Shown: positions 1-12,689 of the stretch, piece after piece
How positions within the stretch are numbered: the first letter of the stretch is position 1
Layout: each line of letters opens with the position of its first letter
NCBI RefSeq assembly: GCF_001194135.2
Contig: NC_069007.1
Coordinates: forward strand, 6,541,773-6,585,014
Source: Octopus bimaculoides
Lineage: Eukaryota
Reading direction: 5' to 3'
Length of the DNA stretch: 43,242 nt
Notes under the pieces: generated by a model
Databases searched by the model: none
Seen by the model: only the letters and a program-made list of their open reading frames with translations
Told to the model about the DNA's origin: nothing
Translations under genes and position numbers: made by a program

Positions 1-271
1 GAGATCGTTGCCAGTGCCCCTGGACTGGCTTGTGCGGGTGGCACATAAAAGACACCATTTCGAGCGTGGCTGTTTTCGTGCGGGTGACACGTAAAAGCAC
101 CCACTACACTCTCTTAGTGGTTGGCATTAGGAAGGGCATCCAGCTGTAGAAACTCTGCCAAATTAGATTGGAGCCTGGTGTTACCATCCGGTTTCACCAG
201 TCCTCAGTCAAATCGTCCAACCCATGCTAGCATGGAAAGCGGACGTTAAACGATGATGATGATGATGATGA
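1..271 (+). mobile_element. Family A repeat: RTE-LINE-type 3' end with (GAT)n tail
   Basis: TGGTTGGCATTAGGAAGGGCATCCAGC...CCAACCCATGCTAGCATGGAAAGCGGACGTTAAACGATGATGAT; recurs at 7.4, 8.0, 10.7, 11.0, 14.7, 17.4, 17.8 and 18.1 kb. Confidence 0.75.
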
Positions 272-867
272 TTACCAATTCTTTAACAACAAAATAAGGT
301 GTGATATGCACACATATTTCTATATTTATATTTATATTTTTTATATCTTCTTTTTTATACATATATTCATGTTGATTATTTAATTTTGTTATTCATAATG
401 TTATATCACTCATCCATTACACCTATATTTAGTATATTTTTATACCAATTACCCATTATAACTAACCTATTTTAAACATCATGAGAAACCTTCTACCAAC
501 TTCTGAGCATACACAATTGCTAAATTTCATAACTATTTGATTTATTCTAACTTTTCAATAGACAAGATTGCTAACAGATACATCAGTTTGACTATTATTC
601 AGAAAACTACCTTTAATTGATAACTATATTAACACATCCTTAACAACAACAAAAAACATGACTGATAAACACTCACATCTTTATCTCTATACATTTTATA
701 CTTTTATTATTTATTTTAATATACATGCATGTATAAGTGTATAGGCATGTATACACATGTGACTGTGTGTGTATGGATTGCCAGTACAGATACATATGTG
801 CACATGTACATGTGTGCCTGTATGGGCACATGATGTGTGAATATATGTATGTATGTATGGATATATG

Positions 868-916
<49 letters not shown>

Positions 917-948
917 ATATATACGCTTAAGATGATGAGAAGGTTATT

Positions 949-1114
949 GTGATGATAAGTGCAGTGGTGATGATGATGATGATGATGATGATAAAGATAG
1001 TGGTGATGGTGATGATGATGATGATGATGATGATAAAGATAGTGGTGATGATGATGATGATGATGATAAAGATAGTGATGATGATGATGATGATGATAAA
1101 GATAGTGGTGATGG

Positions 1115-1145
<31 letters not shown>

Positions 1146-1683
1146 ANNNNNNNNNNNNNNNNNNNNNNNNNNNNNNNNNNNNNNNNNNNNNNNNNNNNNN
1201 NNNNNNNNNNNNNNNNNNNNNNNNNNNNNNNNNNNNNNNNNNNNNNNNNNNNNNNNNNNNNNNNNNNNNNNNNNNNNNNNNNNNNNNNNNNNNNNNNNNN
1301 NNNNNNNNNNNNNNNNNNNNNNNNNNNNNNNNNNNNNNNNNNNNNNNNNNNNNNNNNNNNNNNNNNNNNNNNNNNNNNNNNNNNNNNNNNNNNNNNNNNN
1401 NNNNNNNNNNNNNNNNNNNNNNNNNNNNNNNNNNNNNNNNNNNNNNNNNNNNNNNNNNNNNNNNNNNNNNNNNNNNNNNNNNNNNNNNNNNNNNNNNNNN
1501 NNNNNNNNNNNNNNNNNNNNNNNNNNNNNNCAGTGGTGATGATGATGATGATGATGATGATAAAGATAGTGGTGATGGTGATGATGATGATGATGATGAT
1601 GATAAAGATAGTGGTGATGATGATGATGATGATGATAAAGATAGTGATGATGATGATGATGATGATAAAGATAGTGGTGATGG

Positions 1684-1712
<29 letters not shown>
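949..1712. repeat. (GAT)n microsatellite with a periodic AAAGATAGTGGT interruption, spanning an N-gap
   Basis: Visible directly; near-identical sequence on both sides of gap 1147-1530. Confidence 0.9.
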
Positions 1713-1714
<2 letters not shown>

Positions 1715-1817
1715 AGGGATAAACAGATATGCTGAATCAGAACTTAATGGCAAATCAGGTGACAGAAAAAAGTTGGCACCAAAATGGAGGTAAAAAAGAT
1801 AATTCGAAAATACTTAC

Positions 1818-2901
1818 AACGTGCATACTGTATCTTGTGCAACGCCGTCAACCGATCGTTGCTCTGCGCATTAACATTTGCACCTTGTCGCAGCAAAATG
1901 TCAACAATCACGTAGCTACCGATAGATGCTGCCTGCAGCAATGGTGTTTCGTGGTTCGGTGATATCACATGAATATTGCAACCAGCTTTTACCAATGCTA
2001 AGGTGATGGCTTCAGATCTGCGATTGACTGCTAGATGTAAAGGATAATCCCCTCTCCTGTTAGGCTGGTTTAAGTTTACCCTCTCTGTTTCCAAAAGCAT
2101 TTTTACCATTTCCAGACTCTTCATTTGAATGGCATAATGCAGCGGAGATGAACCGAATTTATCTGTAGCATTGACGTCTGCATTGTTGTCAATGAGAACC
2201 TGAAGAATTTGCGGAGCATCAGTGTCTATGGCCATGTGAATCGGTCTTTTGTTATCAACATCGCGTGCCTCAACATTAGCCCCCTTTTCACACAGATACC
2301 TAACGACATCAAGGTGTCCGTTCCTTACAGCCTTATGCAAGGGGGTCATCCCACCTTGGAGTAACAAAGTTTGAATTTCTATATTTGCTCGGCTCTCCTC
2401 CAACAGAACCCTGACCACCTCGATGTGACCAGCACCAGCTGCGATGTGGAGGGCTCTCTCATCGTTATGGTTACGAGAAAGGTTTACATGCGAACCCTCG
2501 CTAATCAGAAAACGAACAATGTCTGTGAACCCACAGTTGCACGCTTGCAATAAAGGGGTCTGCCCTTCAGAGTCGCATCGATTGAGAACAGAGCCATTCC
2601 TGGTCAAAATTTTCACCAGTTCCAAACTGCCATTTAACACAGCATGATGAATGGCCTTCTTACCCGTTTCATCTGTGTGGATCAGAGAAGGCACGGGCCG
2701 TGATCCGAGAAGTATCATCTCCACAACAGTCGTAGCACCATTGCGGGCTGCTACACAGACCGCCTTATCTAGATCCAGATAGTAACAGCAGTGGTTCTCG
2801 CGACAGTATTTAAGAATAGCTTCAACCCTCTCCGCATCATTATTGCTTATAGCCTCATAGAACACATTAACAAGAGCCAACATGTTGTTTATCTGAGCCA
2901 T
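1818..2901 (-). CDS. Large coding exon of an ankyrin-repeat protein (~10 ANK repeats); the gene continues beyond the window start
   Basis: The 386-aa open frame has repeated ANK motifs (GKKAIHHAVLNG, GQTPLLQACNCG, ERALHIAAGAG, GMTPLHKAVRNG, GSSPLHYAIQMK, GDYPLHLAVNRR, ETPLLQAASIG) with no stops or frameshifts. A GTAAGT donor at 1817-1812 (phase 1) follows ...QYAR, so the hydrophobic tail to 1744 is probably intron read-through. ATG at 2901; possible acceptor CTAG at 2907-2904; in-frame upstream stop at 2937-2935. Confidence 0.9.
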
Positions 2902-3240
2902 CACTAGGGCTTTTTGACAAATATATATATATATCTATATATGAATGAATATAAAATATATATATGTATTTATTACAATTAAAAGGGTAAAGGATTATCA
3001 ATTTATTAATTTATTAATAAATTAATAATTAATAATTTTTACCAAGCCCTTCGGTATGAAAACACCATTATCTTGTTTTACCTTTGTGAGTTACAGGTAA
3101 TGCTATCTGTTGGAGTTTCAGCACTTTAGCTGCTATTTCTGAACTTCGGTATGTGGTGAAGCAACTGTTGCTGACCCCTTAATTATGTTTATAGTTTATA
3201 AATATATATATATGTATGTATGTATCAATGAATATGTATG

Positions 3241-3305
<65 letters not shown>

Positions 3306-4045
3306 GGGTGTATGCACAGAGACACAAAACACACTCAAAAAAAAAAAGAAATCACACAGCAAAAGGCATCCAATATAAGCCAGATGGCCTCTGTCTTGTC
3401 TCTGAGTGTCGTAGACAATGAACAACTTGTTTCTTTTCCTTTTATTATTTCCAGTCAGTTGGACAGGTGAGGAATAATTANNNNNNNNNNNNNNNNNNNN
3501 NNNNNNNNNNNNNNNNNNNNNNNNNNNNNNNNNNNNNNNNNNNNNNNNNNNNNNNNNNNNNNNNNNNNNNNNNNNNNNNNNNNNNNNNNNNNNNNNNNNN
3601 NNNNNNNNNNNNNNNNNNNNNNNNNNNNNNNNNNNNNNNNNNNNNNNNNNNNNNNNNNNNNNNNNNNNNNNNNNNNNNNNNNNNNNNAAAAATAAATATC
3701 AAAGTATAGTACAGGCGCAGGTACAGCAGTGTGGTAAGAAGTTTGCTTCCCAACCACACTAGCTCTGGGCTCAAAGAGAGATGGAACGGGTGGACCAGAG
3801 CTATACGGACCCCCACAAAAAAAAATGATCAGGTTAAAAAGATGCTCACACATGCACTATATATATATATTTTTTCTTCACTCGTTTATTACTGTTATTT
3901 TATTTTGACACCTGTCCATTGTCCGGAAATCTTTCATCACACATCTGTGACCTCTTCAGCGACACTTTTCGTTTCCGTGTGTGTTCTTGCTCCACTTACT
4001 CCATTCTGTTCTTCTAAGATGTCTATCCTTATGTACGATTGCATT

Positions 4046-4112
<67 letters not shown>

Positions 4113-4237
4113 GACCAGTCTTGTTGATGGTCCTGTTACTAGGTCGGTGGACATCTTATGGTTCTTGTGCAGTCCATACAGTGCCAGGTGTCATTGTTGG
4201 TGGCCATGCACTTCTTTGCCCCTAGGATGTTTGACCC

Positions 4238-4495
4238 CATCACTCTCAATATGCCAAACCCCTGGCCTCTAAGTACCTTGTTCACAAGAATGCAGCAATT
4301 ACGGACAATGCCAAGTTCAGCATTCTGATATCTGACTTGGTGAGAGTGATGAGGAATGTGTCTCAAATGTGCAACCCTATGGAATTGGAAAGACACAGAC
4401 AACACTTCATCCACCACATGTAGTTGTCAGGCTACAACCAAAGGGACAGGATTGGAATGAACAAAGGAGCCAGGACTAAGTACAAAGCCATCATC
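4238..4495 (+). pseudogene. Penelope-like retroelement fragment (RT thumb/linker region, Naiad-like)
   Basis: A single frame reads HHSQYAKPLASKYLVHKNAAITDNAKFSILISDLVRVMRNVSQMCNPMELERHRQHFIHHM*LSGYNQRDRIGMNKGARTKYKAII. This resembles the PLE pattern Y-x-KP-x-AS...K-x2-IL...RN-x-S...M-Q-x-SGY. Internal TAG at 4421-4423. Confidence 0.65.
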
Positions 4496-4895
4496 AGCAT
4501 CATCATTATCAGCATCATCATTATCATCAACATCATCATAATGTGTGTATATAGACAGACAGATATATNNNNNNNNNNNNNNNNNNNNNNNNNNNNNNNN
4601 NNNNNNNNNNNNNNNNNNNNNNNNNNNNNNNNNNNNNNNNNNNNNNNNNNNNNNNNNNNNNNNNNNNNNNNNNNNNNNNNNNNNNNNNNNNNNNNNNNNN
4701 NNNNNNNNNNNNNNNNNNNNNNNNNNNNNNNNNNNNNNNNNNNNNNNNNNNNNNNNNNNNNNNNNNNNNNNNNNNNNNNNNNNNNNNNNNNNNNNNNNNN
4801 NNNNNNNNNNNNNNNNNNNNNNNNNNNNNNNNNNNNNNNNNNNNNNNNNNNNNNNNNNNNNNNNNNNNNNNNNNGTGTGTGTGTGTGTGTATGAA

Positions 4896-4939
<44 letters not shown>

Positions 4940-5627
4940 ACTGACAAGTTAAAGTGTATGACACAGCAAGAGAACAGGTTAGTGTGTGTGTTTGCAATAT
5001 TAGAATATGTCTCAACCACCACCATTACCCATCCCACACAGTCTTAGCTGTCTCCCCGTCCTCTCCATCATGTTGTTTACCTAAAGTCTCACCTTGATGA
5101 CATCATAAGTGACTGTTCACCTTAAGACAACACAGGATAACCCAACAGCAGCACATCATTCAACTCACATCAGTCATGTAACACTCTTAAATAGACAAAC
5201 ACACACACACACACACAGACATACATCTTGCCATGGCAGATAACACATTTACTATTTGCATAAATAGATAAGCATAGAGACAGACAGACTAACAGATAGA
5301 TAGTTAGACAGACAGGCAGACAAATAAATAGACAAACAGATAGATAGACAGGCAGACAAATAGATAAATAGTTAGATATATATATATATAGACAGATAAT
5401 CAAATTAAAACATAGGGTAAAAAATCAGATATTAATTAACATCGATTTATTACCAGGAAGCTAGCACATTTAAAGAATCAGAGAGATTCAGCAAAAAATA
5501 TCTGAGATCTTAGGGGATTAATGTATATGTTTATATATAACTATGACCACTAAGGTGGTCATTTAATGTGGTCTATTTCTAGCACATTAAATGTCCACTT
5601 TAGTGGTCAACGTTATAAATAGATTGA

Positions 5628-5663
<36 letters not shown>

Positions 5664-5767
5664 TGGATAGATATATAAGTAGGTAGAAAGGTATATACAT
5701 ACACATATCCATACATACGCACATACCTGTACATACGCATATAAATATACATATCCAAATGGCATTG

Positions 5768-5807
<40 letters not shown>

Positions 5808-5810
<3 letters not shown>

Positions 5811-6180
5811 AGGCGCAATGGCCCAGTGTTTAGGGCAGCGGGATCGCGGTTTCGATTCCCAGACCGGGCGTTGTGAGTGTTTATTGAGCGAAAACACCTA
5901 AAAGCTCCACGAGGCTCCGGCAGGGGATGGTGGCGAACCCTGCTGTACTCTTCCACCACAACTTTCTCTCACTCTTTCTTCCTGTTTCTGATGTGCCTGT
6001 AATTCAAACGGTCAGCCTTGTCACACTGTGTCACGCTGAATATCCCCGAGAACTACGTTAAGGGTACACGTGTCTGTGGAGTGCTCAGCCACTTGCACGT
6101 TAATTTCACGAGCAGGCTGTTCCGTTGATCGGATCAACTGGAACCTTCAACGTCGTAAGCGACAGAGTGCCAACAACATG
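5808..6180 (+). mobile_element. Family C tRNA-derived SINE (octopus OR-like)
   Basis: tRNA-like head GGAGGCGCAATGGCCCAGTG...GTTTCGATTCCC, conserved body, CAACAACA tail; homologous to copies at 11.2, 24.2, 29.7 and 34.4 kb. Confidence 0.85.
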
Positions 6181-6329
6181 AATTACATTACTACATGGTA
6201 GGTAGGTCTGGACCCTGAATGTAGAGGACATGCAAACACTAGAGAGGAATGCAGCTAGGGTGCTCTGTTGAATATGCAATGCTAGTGTGCACATATGATA
6301 GAGTGTTAGTGTATTGAGAGAAACGTTAG

Positions 6330-6530
6330 GCATGGGAAGGAGTAGATGCAGCGTGCAGGAGAGACAACTGTGCTGGTTTGGTCATGTGGTGTGGATGGAA
6401 GGAACTTGTGGAAGAGGGAGACCCAGAAAGACATGGGATGAAGCATTGAGGGCTCATCTCAAGATGCTGAGCCTTAAGAAGATGACAAAGGAGTGAGATA
6501 TCTGGCACCTTGCTGTGCTTGAGAAAACCC
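6330..6530 (+). pseudogene. RTE-clade LINE ORF2 C-terminal fragment
   Basis: RCSVQERQLCWFGHVVWM...TCGRGRPRKTWDEALRAHLKMLSL matches the RTE pattern RL-x-W-x-GHV-x-RM...GRPRKTW. Confidence 0.8.
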
Positions 6531-6984
6531 ACCCACTACAATAGAACTGGTATCCTAAAACCACCTTAAAAAATGCTTCTATATGCAAAACTCTTCCCCC
6601 ATCTCCATTCTCACTGCACCCTCAAGCTACCCCCACATCTCACTCCCTAACACTCATCACTTTTTTATCTCTGGTATCATTCAACTACTCTAATCACCTG
6701 AGAACAGAATAGACACATACTATGCACTCACATTCCATTTCATACTGTCCCCTTTCATCCCCCCTCCCAGAACCACCTCCCCCCTATCACTCCCAATACC
6801 TTCACATAAGTATCATAACCCCCCCCCCTTCCTCCTAAGCCACTCCTATACCTCTCACCTTCATTTACTACAGTTCCCTTTATCCCATCTCCCCATCTCC
6901 CTTCATGAAAATTTCCCTTGCTCACCCACCCACTCCAATCCTCTGTATAACTCCACCTACATTCACTCCACTCCACCCCACTCT

Positions 6985-7310
6985 ACCCTGAAGCTATGTC
7001 CTGGGACATCTCCACCACCATCTCACTCACTCTCTCCCTCTCAATGTTCCTTTCTAACTCTCACATTCTCTCTCTCTCTTCCCCAATTGGACTATCCTTG
7101 TAACTCACCTGTTTTCCATTTTCCTTGCCCACTCATCCAATCCAATCCTCCGCATCACTTCACCTATATTCAACCTCCACTGTACCTTGAAGGTATGTCC
7201 TAGCACATCTCCACCACCATCTCTTTCACTCTCTCCCTCTCAATGTTTCTCTCCGAGTTAAACACTTCCTCTCCCCTCTTTTCCAACTGGAATATCCTTG
7301 TATCTCTTCT
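6985..7310. repeat. Diverged ~200-bp-period direct duplication in a pyrimidine-rich tract
   Basis: GAAG(C/G)TATGTCCT...ACATCTCCACCACCATCTC...CTCTCCCTCTCAATGTT...TATCCTTGTA occurs at ~6990 and ~7188. Confidence 0.7.
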
Positions 7311-7920
7311 ACAGCCAAACACCTATCTCTATACTTCTAATATTCTTTTAATCTCTCATCAACTGGCACCAGGCCACCTACTTCAATAAAATTCTCCCCA
7401 GTGAGGGGGGCTTTGTTCTGTCTTGCAGGGTACTTGGTAACCCTCACCAGTGCTGGTTCTACAATAAAAAGCACTTAGTACACTCTGTAAGTGGTTGGGG
7501 TGAGGAACAGCATCCAGCCATAGACACCATGCCAACCAAAGCAGACAATATATCTTGGCATAGTGCTCCGGCTTGCCAGTTCTGCCAAACCATCCAACCC
7601 ATGCCAGCATAAAGAACAGAAGTAAATTAAGATAATCACTCACACACACACATACATAACTAAATAAGTAAAAATAACAATAGCATTACATTAAATAATA
7701 AATACCAAATATTCACATTTGTGTCGTGTTTCTTTTCGTCAGTGTCCCCAACATTTGCTCACTTATTCCCAGCAGCTTCTCAATGTTAATGCCACCAAAA
7801 GTAAACAATATTATCGTTAAAGATATGAAATTCTAAGGAACTTTTGGCTGATAAACTGTCGAGAAATTAGCAATGTCCATTTTCTGTTTGCTCCTTTGTT
7901 GTGTTACTGTTTAAATTTTG

Positions 7921-7955
<35 letters not shown>

Positions 7956-8088
7956 CATCATCATCATCATCATCGTTTAACGTCCGCTTTCCATGCTAGC
8001 ATGGGTTGGACGATTTGACTGAGGACTGGTGAAACCGGATGGCAACACCAGGCTCCAATCTGATTTGGCAGAGTTTCTACAGCTGGAT
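7956..8088 (-). mobile_element. Family A 3' end
   Basis: Near-identical reverse complement of 145-271. Confidence 0.85.
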
Positions 8089-8715
8089 GTATATATATGT
8101 ATATATATATANNNNNNNNNNNNNNNNNNNNNNNNNNNNNNNNNNNNNNNNNNNNNNNNNNNNNNNNNNNNNNNNNNNNNNNNNNNNNNNNNNNNNNNNN
8201 NNNNNNNNNNNNNNNNNNNNNNNNNNNNNNNNNNNNNNNNNNNNNNNNNNNNNNNNNNNNNNNNNNNNNNNNNNNNNNNNNNNNNNNNNNNNNNNNNNNN
8301 NNNNNNNNNNNNNNNNNNNNNNNNNNNNNNNNNNNNNNNNNNNNNNNNNNNNNNNNNNNNNNNNNNNNNNNNNNNNNNNNNNNNNNNNNNNNNNNNNNNN
8401 NNNNNNNNNNNNNNNNNNNNNNNNNNNNNNNNNNNNNNNNNNNNNNNNNNNNNNNNNNNNNNNNNNNNNNNNNNNNNNNNNNNNNNNNNNNNNNNNNNNN
8501 NNNNNNNNNNNNNNNNNNNNNNNNNNNNNNNNNNNNNNNNNNNNNNNNNNNNNNNNNNNNNNNNNNNNNNNNNNNNNNNNNNNNNNNNNNNNNNNNNNNN
8601 NNNNNNNNNNNNNNNNNNNNNNNNNNNNNNNNNNNNNNNNNNNNNNNNNNNNNNNNNNNNNNNNNNNNNNNNNNNNNNNNNNNNNNNNNNNNNNNNNNNN
8701 NNNNNNNNNNNNNNN

Positions 8716-9499
8716 TATACTCTTTCTCTTTTACTCTTTTATTTGTTTCAGTCATTTGACTGTGGCCATGCTGGAGCACCGCCTTTAGTCGAGCAAATCG
8801 ACCCCAGGACTTATTCTATAGCCTAGTACTTATTCTATCGGTCTCTTTGGTCAAACCGCTAGGTTACGGGGGCGTAAAAACCACCATCGGTTGTCAAGCG
8901 ACGTTGGGGGGGACAAACACGGACACACAAACATATACAAGCATACATACATACATATATAGACATATATACAATGGGCTTCTTTCAGTTTCTGTCTACC
9001 AAATCTACTCACAAGGCTTTGGTCGTCCCGCGGCTATAGTAGAAGACATTTGCCCAAGATGCCATGCAGTGGTACTGAACCACGAACCATGTGGTTCGTT
9101 AGCAAGCTTCTTACCACACAGCCACTCCTGCACATATATATACATATTCTTTTATTCTTTTATTTGTTGCAGTCATTTGGCTGCGGCCATGCTGGAGCAT
9201 CGCCTTTAGTCGAACAAATCAACCCTAGGACTTATTCTTTGTAAGTCTAGTACTTATTCCATTCGTCTCTTTTGCTGAACCACTAAGTTACAGGGATGTA
9301 AACACACCAACATAACACACACACACATATATATATACAACGGGCTTCTTTCAGTTTCCGTCTACCAAATCCACTCACAAAACTTTGGTCGGCATGAGGC
9401 TATAGTAGAAGACACTTGCGCAAGGTGCCACGCAGTGGGACTGAACCCAGAACCATGTGGTTGGTAAGCAAGCTACTTACCACAGAGCCACTCCTGCGC
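8716..9499 (-). mobile_element. Two tandem family B tRNA-derived SINEs
   Basis: Each has the tail CTTTTA(C/T)TTGTT(T/G)CAGTCATTTG...GGCCATGCTGGAGCA, an internal CA/TA microsatellite, and a head ending in CAGCCACTCCTGC. Confidence 0.85.
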
Positions 9500-9747
9500 T
9501 TCCTTGACAACTGCTGTTGGTGTGTTTATGTCCCTGTAACTTAGCAGTGCAGCAAAAGAATTCGATAGAATAAGTATCAGGCTTACAAAGATTAAGTTTC
9601 ATTCAGCCTAAAGGTCATGGCCATGCTGGAGTATCACGACATATATGTGTATGTATATATAAATATGCATATGAACCAAACAAATCACACACACACAAGC
9701 ACAAAAACAAATTCCTTCTACTACATTTGTCAGAACAACCTTCAGGA

Positions 9748-9836
<89 letters not shown>

Positions 9837-10248
9837 CAAACACATACACACACACAAACACACATACATCAGATCTTTGATGGAATTGCAGACAGCAAGT
9901 ATGTCAAAGACAACAGGCACAGAAAGTGATGGGGCAAGGTAGGTGGGGTGTGACAGGTAAATGAGAAGACNNNNNNNNNNNNNNNNNNNNNNNNNNNNNN
10001 NNNNNNNNNNNNNNNNNNNNNNNNNNNNNNNNNNNNNNNNNNNNNNNNNNNNNNNNNNNNNNNNNNNNNNNNNNNNNNNNNNNNNNNNNNNNNNNNNNNN
10101 NNNNNNNNNNNNNNNNNNNNNNNNNNNNNNNNNNNNNNNNNNNNNNNNNNNNNNNNNNNNNNNNNNNNNNNNNNNNNNNNNNNNNNNNNNNNNNNNNNNN
10201 NNNNNNNNNNNNNNNNNNNNNNNNNNNNNNNNNNNNNNNNNNNNNNNN

Positions 10249-10280
<32 letters not shown>

Positions 10281-10286
<6 letters not shown>

Positions 10287-10492
10287 CTTTATTGCCCACA
10301 AGGGGCTAAACATAGAGGGGACAAACAAGGACAGACAGAGGGATTAGGTCGATTACATCGACCCCAGAGCGTAACTGGCACTTATTTAATCGGCCCCGAA
10401 AGGATGAAAGGCAAATTCGACCTCAGCGGAATTTGAACTCAGAACGTATCGGCAGACGAAAGACCCCTAAGCATTTCTGCCAGCTCGCCGCC
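10281..10492 (-). mobile_element. Family D SINE
   Basis: Reverse complement of the 30648-30880 copy (GGCGGCGAGCTGGCAGA...GGGCAATAAAGAAATA). Confidence 0.8.
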
Positions 10493-10517
10493 TTGTGTGT
10501 GTGTGTGTGTGTGTGCG

Positions 10518-10556
<39 letters not shown>

Positions 10557-10740
10557 ATGCTTCTCAACGACATGGTTCCAGCTTCAATTCCAGTGCATGG
10601 AATTTGTGAGTGGGTTTCATAGATGGAAACTGCAGGAAACCTATCATGTATGTATGTGTGTGCGTGTGTATACATATACAAGGCAAATCAAAAATGACTG
10701 AAACAAGTAAAAGAGTAAAGAGTATATGTGTGTATGTATA

Positions 10741-11168
10741 TCATCATCATGATCACCATCATTTAACGTCCGCTTTCCATGCTGGCATGGGTTGGACGAT
10801 TTGACTGAGGACTGGTGGACCAGGAGGCGATACCAGGCTCCAATCTGATTTGGCAGAGTTTCTACAGCAGGATGCCCTTCCTAACGCCAACCACTCCGAG
10901 AGTGTAGTGGGTGCTTTTACGCTCCACCGGCACGAGGGCCAGTCAGGCGAAAGCCACGCTCAAAATGGTGTATTTTACGTGTGTATATGTATAAACACAG
11001 TGTCACATAAAAGCACCCAGCACACTCTGTAAAATGGCTGGCATTAAGGGCTTCCGGCCTTAGAAACTATGCCAAATCAGACTGGAGTCTGGTGCAGCTC
11101 CCCAGCTTGCCAACCCAGGTCAAATCGTCCAACCTATGCCAGCATGGACAGCAGACATTAAATGATGA
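10741..11168. mobile_element. Inverted pair of family A repeats
   Basis: Minus copy ~10741-10960 followed by plus copy ~10995-11168. Confidence 0.7.
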
Positions 11169-11221
11169 TATCCTTCAAACCATATACTCTACTGCTTGAA
11201 ACAATAAGGATATATTGTTAT

Positions 11222-11527
11222 GGTTGTTGGCACTCCGTCGCTTATGACGTCAAGGGTTCCAGTTGATCCGATCAACGGAACAGCCTGCTCATGAAATTAA
11301 CGTGCAAGTGGCTGAACACTCCACAGACACGTGTACCCTTAACGTAGTTCTCGGGGATATTCAGCATGACACAGTGTGACAAGGCTGACCCTTTGAATTA
11401 CAGGCACAACAGAAACAGGAAGTAAGAGTGAGAGAAAGTTGTGGTGAAAGAGTACAGCAGGGTTCGCCACCATCCCCTGCCGGAGCCTCGTTGAGCTTTT
11501 AGGTGTTTTCGTTCAATAAACACTCAC
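11222..11527 (-). mobile_element. Family C SINE truncated by a gap
   Basis: Homologous to 5880-6180. Confidence 0.85.
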
Positions 11528-12329
11528 NNNNNNNNNNNNNNNNNNNNNNNNNNNNNNNNNNNNNNNNNNNNNNNNNNNNNNNNNNNNNNNNNNNNNNNNN
11601 NNNNNNNNNNNNNNNNNNNNNNNNNNNNNNNNNNNNNNNNNNNNNNNNNNNNNNNNNNNNNNNNNNNNNNNNNNNNNNNNNNNNNNNNNNNNNNNNNNNN
11701 NNNNNNNNNNNNNNNNNNNNNNNNNNNNNNNNNNNNNNNNNNNNNNNNNNNNNNNNNNNNNNNNNNNNNNNNNNNNNNNNNNNNNNNNNNNNNNNNNNNN
11801 NNNNNNNNNNNNNNNNNNNNNNNNNNNNNNNNNNNNNNNNNNNNNNNNNNNNNNNNNNNNNNNNNNNNNNNNNNNNNNNNNNNNNNNNNNNNNNNNNNNN
11901 NNNNNNNNNNNNNNNNNNNNNNNNNNNNNNNNNNNNNNNNNNNNNNNNNNNNNNNNNNNNNNNNNNNNNNNNNNNNNNNNNNNNNNNNNNNNNNNNNNNN
12001 NNNNNNNNNNNNNNNNNNNNNNNNNNNNNNNNNNNNNNNNNNNNNNNNNNNNNNNNNNNNNNNNNNNNNNNNNNNNNNNNNNNNNNNNNNNNNNNNNNNN
12101 NNNNNNNNNNNNNNNNNNNNNNNNNNNNNNNNNNNNNNNNNNNNNNNNNNNNNNNNNNNNNNNNNNNNNNNNNNNNNNNNNNNNNNNNNNNNNNNNNNNN
12201 NNNNNNNNNNNNNNNNNNNNNNNNNNNNNNNNNNNNNNNNNNNNNNNNNNNNNNNNNNNNNNNNNNNNNNNNNNNNNNNNNNNNNNNNNNNNNNNNNNNN
12301 NNNNNNNNNNNNNNNNNNNNNNNNNNNNN

Positions 12330-12485
12330 TTTAGTCGAGCAAATAGACCCCAGGACTTATTCTTTGGAAGCCTAGTACTTATTCTATCGGTCTCCTTTTG
12401 CCGAACCGCTAAGTTACAGGGACGTAAACACACCAGCATCAGTTGTCAAGCGAAGTTGGGGGGACAAACACAGACACGCAAACAT

Positions 12486-12534
<49 letters not shown>

Positions 12535-12689
12535 TACGACGGGCTTCTTTCAGTTTCCGTCTACCAAATCCACTCACAAGGCTTTGGTCAGCCCGAGGCT
12601 ATAGTAGAAGACACTTGTCCAAGGTGCCACGCAGTGGGACTGAACCCGGAACCATGTGGTTGGTAAGCAAGCTACTTACCACACAGCCA
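12330..12689 (-). mobile_element. Family B SINE
   Basis: Homologous to other family B copies. Confidence 0.85.

Noticed and set aside
185-212. CTGAGGA...GAAA on the minus strand of family A as a hammerhead core
   Set aside because: No stem II or NUH/stem III can form, and GAAA is not conserved in the 10.8-kb copy.
673-1793. Poly-I/M/S/HT/VC ORFs here and throughout the window
   Set aside because: They are translations of microsatellites, and long ORFs spanning N-gaps are artefacts.
1744-1817. Hydrophobic C-terminal tail of the ankyrin ORF as a membrane anchor
   Set aside because: It follows a consensus GTAAGT donor and is most likely intron.
3061-3180. Possible 5' UTR exon of the ankyrin gene (AAAG|GTAAAA on the minus strand)
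   Set aside because: The donor is weak, the segment contains a GCTGCTATTTCT motif also seen at ~33925 that suggests a repeat, and there is no other support.
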